NCBI RefSeq assembly: GCF_006345805.1
Contig: NW_021830178.1
Location: forward strand, 1 to 5,016
DNA from: Octopus sinensis
Taxonomy: Eukaryota
Length of the DNA: 5,016 nucleotides
Direction of reading: 5' to 3'
The first letter of the stretch is position 1, and each line of letters opens with the position of its first letter. The notes below the pieces were generated by a model. That model saw only the letters and a list, made by a program, of their open reading frames with translations, was not told the DNA's origin and ran no database searches. The translations under genes were made by a program, and so were the position numbers. Of the stretch, positions 1-5,016 are shown piece after piece.

Positions 1-87
1 TTCTTCCTGAAGAGAAAGACACAATATGGTCCCATTATTCAATCGATTTTGGTAATTTGTGGCCTTTCGAAACACGTGTAGAATGAA
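1..87 (+). ncRNA. Type I hammerhead ribozyme with canonical core and palindromic helix III (Penelope-like-element type)
   Basis: Core CTGAAGA at 7-13. Helix II is GAAAG(14-18)/CTTTC(64-68), including the conserved G10.1-C11.1 pair, extended by CACAA(20-24)/TTGTG(57-61). GAAA at 69-72. Helix III is the perfect palindrome ACACGTGT (72-79). Cleavage triplet GUA (78-80). Helix I is TTC-TTC(1-6)/GAA-t-GAA(81-87). Helix I may extend beyond the window start. Confidence 0.85.
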
Positions 88-92
88 ATAAA
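87..92 (+). promoter_or_regulatory. AATAAA polyadenylation-signal-like hexamer directly after the hammerhead
   Basis: AATAAA at 87-92, 7 nt after the predicted cleavage site. The hexamer is common by chance in AT-rich DNA. Confidence 0.3.
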
Positions 93-146
93 ACGATTTC
101 TGTTCAATCTGCGTTCAGCTCCATTTCTTCAATTCACCAATAATGT

Positions 147-235
147 TATATATATATATATGTATATATAAATGTATATTTATGTGTGTTGCATATATAT
201 ATATATATATGTATATGTATACATGTATGTATATA
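147..235. repeat. Interrupted (TA)n/(TATG)n microsatellite
   Basis: Direct reading of the sequence. Confidence 0.95.
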
Positions 236-283
236 GAATAACGTAGTTGGTTAGACTCAATATAAAACCAGAAAGGAGAAATT

Positions 284-477
284 CAAGTGTCACCAATAGT
301 GACTCGGGGTGTAAGGTAGCACCTACTTTGATATAAACAATAGTCAAAAACCCTTACATTCGCAAAGCACATTGACGTACGTAGACAACGTTACTTTGTC
401 CCTATAAGGGTCTTTGACTCTTGTTTCTAGCAATGTAAGTACTCTCCTGCACCCTCAGCCACTATTAGTCACAATTG
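284..477. repeat. Long imperfect palindrome (foldback/MITE-like), ~97-bp arms with no spacer, centred on TACGTA (378-383)
   Basis: Ungapped manual comparison of 284-380 with the reverse complement of 381-477 gives about 67/97 matches. Example: AAACAAtAGTCAAAaACCCTTA vs AAACAAgAGTCAAAgACCCTTA. The right flank is a TA run. Confidence 0.8.
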
Positions 478-479
478 TA

Positions 480-536
480 AATATATATATATATATGTAT
501 TTACATGTGTGTGAGCGTGTGTGTCTCTGTGTGTGT
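480..536. repeat. Compound (TA)n/(TG)n microsatellite
   Basis: Direct reading of the sequence. Confidence 0.9.
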
Positions 537-825
537 ATAGCCCACATTTCACTTGCATTGAAAAAGTGCGCAGGTAGTATGGTAATTTTGAAGTGTCTGG
601 CACATAAGGCATAGTCTAGTTTTGTTTTGAGCACATCTTTTATTGAGTTGAATGCCTTCCATCCTACCCTTATATTCGTTCAGATTTCAGCATCCATAAG
701 TCGATGCATATTCATTTTATGTCCTAAGTGGACGTGTTCCTTTACCTCCTCGACTCTCTATCACTTCCCACTTGTATTCGACCTTGTGCTTCGTCTTCGA
801 ACCACATATATCATTGCAGCTGTCC
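536..825 (-). pseudogene. RTE-clade non-LTR retrotransposon reverse transcriptase, C-terminal (post-YADD/thumb) fragment, degenerate
   Basis: Minus-strand translation with one frameshift near 752-765 and stops: QLQ*YMWFEDEAQGRIQVGSD/EEVKEHVHLGHKMNMHRLMDAEI*TNIRVGWKAFNSIKDVLKTKLDYALCARHFKITILPAHFFNASEMWA. This matches the recalled RTE pattern EEV.EY.YLG...EI.RRI..GW.AF......L....R..LFN..ILP...Y.SE.W. It is not in the ORF track because of the stops. Confidence 0.85.
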
Positions 826-830
826 AAACA

Positions 831-1192
831 GATTCACTCTATCACAGCTCATAGAATGAGCAAACGAATACAAGATTCCACTGTGCATCGCTTTTGTTGA
901 TTACAGAAAAATACCTTCGATAGCGTTGAGATGAACGCAGGACTTGAAATCTCTAGAAGCGCAAGGTGTCGATGCGTAATATATGAGACTGCTCCGAAAT
1001 GCTATCGCTAGATGCACCACAGAGAGAGCTCTGTCATCACAAGTAAGGGTCCCAACTGAGAAGGGTGTCAAGCAAGGAGATACTATCTCTAGGAAAACTC
1101 TTTACCACATGTCAAGAAGTGGTCATAAGGAAATTGTTTGGACAGGCAACATGAAAATCAATGCCGGAGAAATAACGCACTTCCGATTCACA
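831..1192 (+). pseudogene. RTE-clade non-LTR retrotransposon reverse transcriptase core fragment (up to the F-A-D-D motif), degenerate
   Basis: Joining frames gives IHSI-QLIE*ANEYKIPLCIAFVDY-/-TFDSVE(916-930 FDSVE)-/-KSLEAQGVDA*YMRLLRN...VPTEKGVKQGDTIS-/-KLFTTCQEVVIRKL-WTGNMKIN..EITHFRFT. The motifs FVDYEKAFDSV, GVKQGDTISPKLF and HLRF(ADD) are diagnostic of RTE RT. The fragment stops at a (TC)n tract just before the catalytic DD. It partly overlaps ORF 983..1318. Confidence 0.92.

Positions 1193-1267
<75 letters not shown>
1193..1267. repeat. Compound microsatellite (TC)14-GC-(TA)22
   Basis: Direct reading of the sequence. Confidence 0.97.
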
Positions 1268-1268
<1 letters not shown>

Positions 1269-1270
<2 letters not shown>

Positions 1271-1418
1271 GTTGATTGTTATGGCCGGTCAGCGAGAGCA
1301 TTAGTTTCGCACCTATAATGCGCTTAGCTGTATAGGCTAACTTAGCTGTCAGACAAACGGGTGAAGGTACATAACCTCTATAAAGGTCACTTCCTGACCG
1401 GGCATATCAATCAAACCT
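1269..1418. mobile_element. Putative ~150-bp MITE with ~24-bp imperfect TIRs in TA context
   Basis: 1269-1292 AGG-TTGATTGtTATGgCCGGTCAG vs reverse complement of 1394-1418 AGGTTTGATTGaTATGcCCGGTCAG (2 mismatches, 1 gap). The interior is non-coding and both flanks are TA-rich. Confidence 0.6.
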
Positions 1419-1479
1419 TCTATAAATATATTACTGCTCTGTTTTAAAGCGTGTTTCATTTTCGGCTGTATGAACTGAT

Positions 1480-1480
<1 letters not shown>

Positions 1481-1511
<31 letters not shown>

Positions 1512-1634
1512 TGTATGTATGTATGTATGTATGCATGCATGTATGTATGTTTGTGTGTATGTATGTATGTATGTATGCATGTATGTATGTATGTATGTAT
1601 GTATGTGTGTATGAATGTATTTGTAGATTTATAT

Positions 1635-1700
<66 letters not shown>

Positions 1701-1702
1701 TA
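1481..1702. repeat. (TATG)n tetranucleotide array (1481-1613) followed by (TA)n (1640-1702)
   Basis: Direct reading of the sequence. It is the source of several spurious YVCM/HTYI ORFs. Confidence 0.97.
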
Positions 1703-1712
1703 CATGTATACA

Positions 1713-2104
<392 letters not shown>

Positions 2105-3214
2105 CACAGGGTGCGTATGATATTTGAGGACAGATTTATGTTTATAAGAAATAAACAGATAATAACTTTATCAAAAAATGCTATGGGAATAAAAATAAAC
2201 TTTCTTTTCTATAATGTTATTCAATAAAGCCACCTTCAGTTCAACAACTGCTTCTTTATGGGATCTAAATCATCTACATGCCCTAATCGAGTGGTTCCTG
2301 GTTCATTTTGGACATTACTCTGACTATGGCAGATTTCAAAGAATCTTTGGTGTTATGGGCGTTTTCATTAACCTCTCTTTCAATAATGCTCCACATGCAA
2401 TAGTCCAATGGATTGAGATCTGTCTACACTGTCTACCCAGGGCTTAACAATTATTTCCAGGACTTCAATGTAGGCAGTAGAGTTAACTCTACGGCATCGT
2501 GGAAAGAAGTAAGGAGGCATCACATGTCTTTCTTAGCTAACAACCAGTAAAACCATAACCGTTGCAGGAAATTTTGTATGCATAACGCTTGGAACTTCAG
2601 AAGGTTCTGCACATAACCAACTGCCGTTTCTTGTTAACATTTTTGATTTTGGTCGAAGTTTTTCTCGTTTGAGAAAAAACAAACCATATCTCCTTCTGCT
2701 GGATTTTTCAGTTAGCTTAAAAGCCTTTAGATCTAATCTAGTAATTTTCTTTTGCTTTTTCTGACAAATTGACCTTTCCTCATCAGACTTATAACTGATG
2801 TTTCTGTGGGTAACATTTCTGCTTGTTCATTCTGACATATGAAGATCTTTCACAATTGAGCTCATGGAATTTTTGGAATTGTAATCAATGGTCTCTTAAA
2901 CTTGCTGGATAAATCCAGGTGCTCTGATGATTTCAGAGCATTTAGAATGCTTTTTATGCTTTAATACTGGTGATACATTTCCATATTTAGTCTCAAGTTC
3001 CTTACAAACCTTATAGACGAAAGATCAGACAACTTTTAAAAATCGAAATATTCTAAAACACTATTCTCAGACTTTATAACCACAATAACAGCATTTCTTG
3101 AGTAAGCTGAGGGCATGCCATTATTATTTTCTGAAACAAAGATTGTACAGGGTTAGCAAAAAATGCTGAAATGACCCCCAAAATGTATGTCCTCACATAT
3201 CTTACGCACATTTT
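2105..3214 (-). mobile_element. Tc1/mariner DNA transposon, maT (DD37D)-like, internally deleted, ~1.1 kb
   Basis: TIR core 2111-2132 GTGCGTAtGATATtTGAGGACA vs reverse complement of 3188-3209 GTGCGTAaGATATgTGAGGACA (20/22). TA dinucleotides lie at both flanks, and the TIRs enclose a decayed transposase. The outermost few bases of the ends are degenerate, so boundaries are +/-3 nt. Confidence 0.92.
2217..3121 (-). pseudogene. Degenerate maT/DD37D-type transposase
   Basis: Minus strand with several frameshifts and stops: MACPQLTQEM/AVIVVIKSE.../KYGNVSPVLKHKKHSKCSEIIRAPGFIQQV*ETID...SMSSIVKDLHMSE*.../MRKGQF.../LKNPAEGDMVCFFSNEKNFDQNQK/WLCAEPSEVPSVMHTKFPATVMVLLVVS*ERHVMPPYFFP...VNSTAYIEVLEIIVKPWVDSV//DLNPLDYCMWSIIEREVNENAHNTKDSLKSAIVRVMSKMNQ/LIRACR*FRSHKEAVVE/EGGFIE*. 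The first catalytic D is changed to N (FSNEK), and the QQD...WPPNSP segment is deleted. Confidence 0.93.
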
Positions 3215-3289
3215 ATATACATGTATGTACGTGTCGGTATAACTAAATCTTCTATAGATATATATAATATGCATTTACATGCAGACACA

Positions 3290-3304
3290 CATATTTTATA
3301 TTAT

Positions 3305-3359
<55 letters not shown>

Positions 3360-3365
3360 AATATG
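3290..3365. repeat. Interrupted (TA)n microsatellite
   Basis: Direct reading of the sequence. Confidence 0.95.
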
Positions 3366-3500
3366 TACATATGTGTGGTATTTATAGTCTCATCGATATA
3401 AAAGTGCCTGTAGACACTTCCTTTAGATATTTTTCTAAATCTGATATTTGTTCACCCGCGTGAATTTGTATGTGTGTATATATGCATGTATGTATGTATG

Positions 3501-3716
3501 TTTATTTACGATTTGACCTCGTCTGTATCACTAGAGATTTTCTTCCCCTGTCTTCCCTTCTCGGGATCTTTCCTTCTCCTATGTTTCCGACGAAGAGCTC
3601 TGCTCGAAACGTCAAACCCTCCTTCTTCCCTTCTTTTCTGAGCGTCCAATAATACTTTCTTTGTTCCACGTCCTTGCGTTGTTGTCTTTTTGTTTTTGTT
3701 TTCTTGTTTGGATTAA

Positions 3717-3720
<4 letters not shown>
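3501..3720 (+). mobile_element. Short interspersed hammerhead-bearing repeat, copy 2
   Basis: Homologous to 1713-1895. It has extra pyrimidine-rich stretches on both sides of the ribozyme, is preceded by (TATG)n and is followed by (TA)n, like copy 1. Confidence 0.85.
3583..3617 (+). ncRNA. Minimal type I hammerhead motif (U4>C variant, extra A after A9, loopless palindromic helix III)
   Basis: Helix I GTTT(3583-3586)/AAAC(3614-3617). Core CCGACGA (3587-3593) plus an extra A. Helix II GAGC-TCT-GCTC (3595-3605). GAAA (3606-3609). Palindromic ACGT (3609-3612). Cleavage triplet GUC (3611-3613). Confidence 0.7.
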
Positions 3721-3748
<28 letters not shown>

Positions 3749-3874
3749 CAAAACCGCATATAAACATAGACACAAATTCACGCATGTGAATAAATATCAG
3801 ATTCAGAAAAATACCTTCAGGAAAGATACACGCTTATTTTTATATTGGTGAGACTATAAATACCACACATATAT

Positions 3875-3899
3875 ACTCATATATACATACATACATGCA

Positions 3900-3934
<35 letters not shown>

Positions 3935-3951
3935 GAATGTGTGTGCGTGTG

Positions 3952-4009
<58 letters not shown>

Positions 4010-4070
4010 AGTGTGTGTCTGCATGTAAATGTATATTATATATATATATATCTATAGAGATTTATATATA
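3875..4070. repeat. Compound (TA)n / (TG)n microsatellite block
   Basis: (TA)n at 3903-3933 and (TG)n at ~3938-4018, with further TA runs. Confidence 0.95.
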
Positions 4071-4314
4071 CCGACACGTACATGCATATAAGCATAGCGC
4101 TACATATTCTTATATGTAAGAAACTGCTTTAGAAGAAAACGTCGCCGTTATTGCCCGGATTTCATTATTCTATTCTGTGAAATTGCATAAATTTAAACGA
4201 GGTGCGCCAACGCAAAACCGGATGGTGACTGGGCGGGTGTAGATAAAGTTCATGGACATTACGCATTTACTGTAGAGAAAATATTCATGCATGTATGAAT
4301 GGGCATGTGCGTTA

Positions 4315-4333
4315 GTACACACACACCATATAT

Positions 4334-4375
<42 letters not shown>

Positions 4376-4426
4376 AGAGAGAGAGATGTATACACACACA
4401 CACACAACACACACACACACACACAC

Positions 4427-4458
<32 letters not shown>

Positions 4459-4860
4459 ACGCACGTCCACATACATACCACATACACACACGCATACATA
4501 CCCCCATACACATACATGCATCCTACACACACATACATACACACTCACACATACATACACAACACACACTCACTCACCCCCTGTATGTACGCGCACACAT
4601 ATGCACATACACACACCTTCCCCACACCCACACGTACATACATACACACTCACACACATACACACACACACACACGGACATACATCTATGCACACACATA
4701 CATACACACATACTCACATACATCATCGGACACACTGCCACCCAGACATACACACAGACACCTCACACATCCACACACATACATACTTACGCGCATACTC
4801 GCAGGCGCGCGCACATACACACACTTGCGCCGGCTCGCGCACGCATACGCGCCGCATACA
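4315..4860. repeat. Compound (CA)n/(TA)n/(GA)n runs followed by a long degenerate CA/CATA-rich low-complexity tract
   Basis: Direct reading of the sequence. It is the source of the His/Thr-rich 229-aa ORF. Confidence 0.9.
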
Positions 4861-5016
4861 CCTCGCTCTTGGACCCGACGGGACCTCCCGCCCGTTCCTG
4901 GGACCGTCGCGTGTCGTTGGGTTTCCCACGCCTGTCTCCGCGGTACCACTCTTCCATCTTCCCCTCAGCTGGAGTCCTTTTTCCTTAACCCCCCCTTTTT
5001 CGTTACACACACGCGC
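4790..5016. other. GC/CpG-rich segment, possibly the edge of a promoter or first exon, or another repeat
   Basis: Composition shifts abruptly to many CpG dinucleotides. It contains GC-box-like CCCGCCC (4887-4893) and GGGTTTCCC (4919-4927). There is no direct evidence of transcription. Confidence 0.3.

Larger units (their letters stand above)
3369..3872. mobile_element. Foldback/MITE-like unit with ~101-bp inverted arms (3369-3469 and 3772-3872) enclosing microsatellites and hammerhead repeat copy 2
   Basis: Ungapped manual alignment of the left arm with the reverse complement of the right arm gives about 82/101 identity. The outer 24 nt (ATATGTGTGGTATTTATAGTCTCA) are identical. Confidence 0.8.

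Noticed and set aside
414-854. Plus-strand ORFs 414-614 and 627-854
   Set aside because: They overlap a palindrome arm, an SSR and the antisense strand of the RTE fragment.
983-1318. 111-aa ORF as an intact gene
   Set aside because: It is one frame of the decayed RTE RT running into (TC)n(TA)n, and it is preceded by an in-frame stop at 977-979.
1300-1352. Minus-strand GCA-loop-TGC-GAAAC resembling a hammerhead 3' half
   Set aside because: The upstream CUGANGA box is absent at the required position.
2214-2447. 77-aa plus-strand ORF
   Set aside because: It is the antisense shadow of the transposase C-terminus.
2750-2790. Minus-strand CTGATGAG (2780-2786 reverse complement) followed by GAAA
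   Set aside because: No helix II closes between the core and GAAA. The sequence encodes MRKGQF of the transposase.
2905-2940. CTGATGA at 2924-2930 within an 8-bp hairpin (TGCTCTGA/TCAGAGCA), next to CTGGAT/ATCCAG
   Set aside because: There is no helix II plus GAAA downstream, and it lies within transposase coding sequence, so it is a likely chance match.
4100-4310. Unique non-repetitive stretch that might be an exon
   Set aside because: No recognisable protein motif or convincing splice-site pair could be identified by eye, so it is left unassigned.
4876-4950. Nested stems loosely resembling an HDV-like ribozyme
   Set aside because: There is no G at +1, no P1.1 GG, and no convincing catalytic C/J4-2 or P2 3' strand.
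4170-5010. 229-aa His/Thr-rich ORF 4299-4988 and the antisense Cys/Val-rich ORFs
   Set aside because: They are artefacts of CA/TG low-complexity DNA, with no recognisable domain.

Overview
Eukaryotic, AT-rich, microsatellite-saturated non-genic DNA. The mix of SSRs and transposons resembles cephalopod or decapod genomes, but that is inference only. No intact protein-coding gene is visible, and most tracked ORFs are translations of (TA)n, (TATG)n or (CA)n. Between the microsatellites there is a dense stack of mobile DNA. (1) Three co-oriented (+) type I hammerhead ribozyme motifs: a canonical-core one at 1-87 and two minimal, Penelope-type ones at 1780-1814 and 3583-3617. The latter two lie inside two diverged copies of a ~200-bp interspersed repeat. 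(2) A decayed RTE-clade LINE reverse transcriptase split into two head-to-head pieces (536-825 minus, 831-1192 plus), resembling a twin-priming 5' inversion. (3) A decayed, internally deleted maT/DD37D-like Tc1/mariner element (2105-3214) with TIRs. (4) Three inverted-repeat structures: a ~195-bp near-complete palindrome (284-477), a ~150-bp MITE-like element (1269-1418), and ~100-bp inverted arms (3369-3872) enclosing the third hammerhead. The window ends in a CpG/GC-rich stretch. All alignments and foldings were done by eye.
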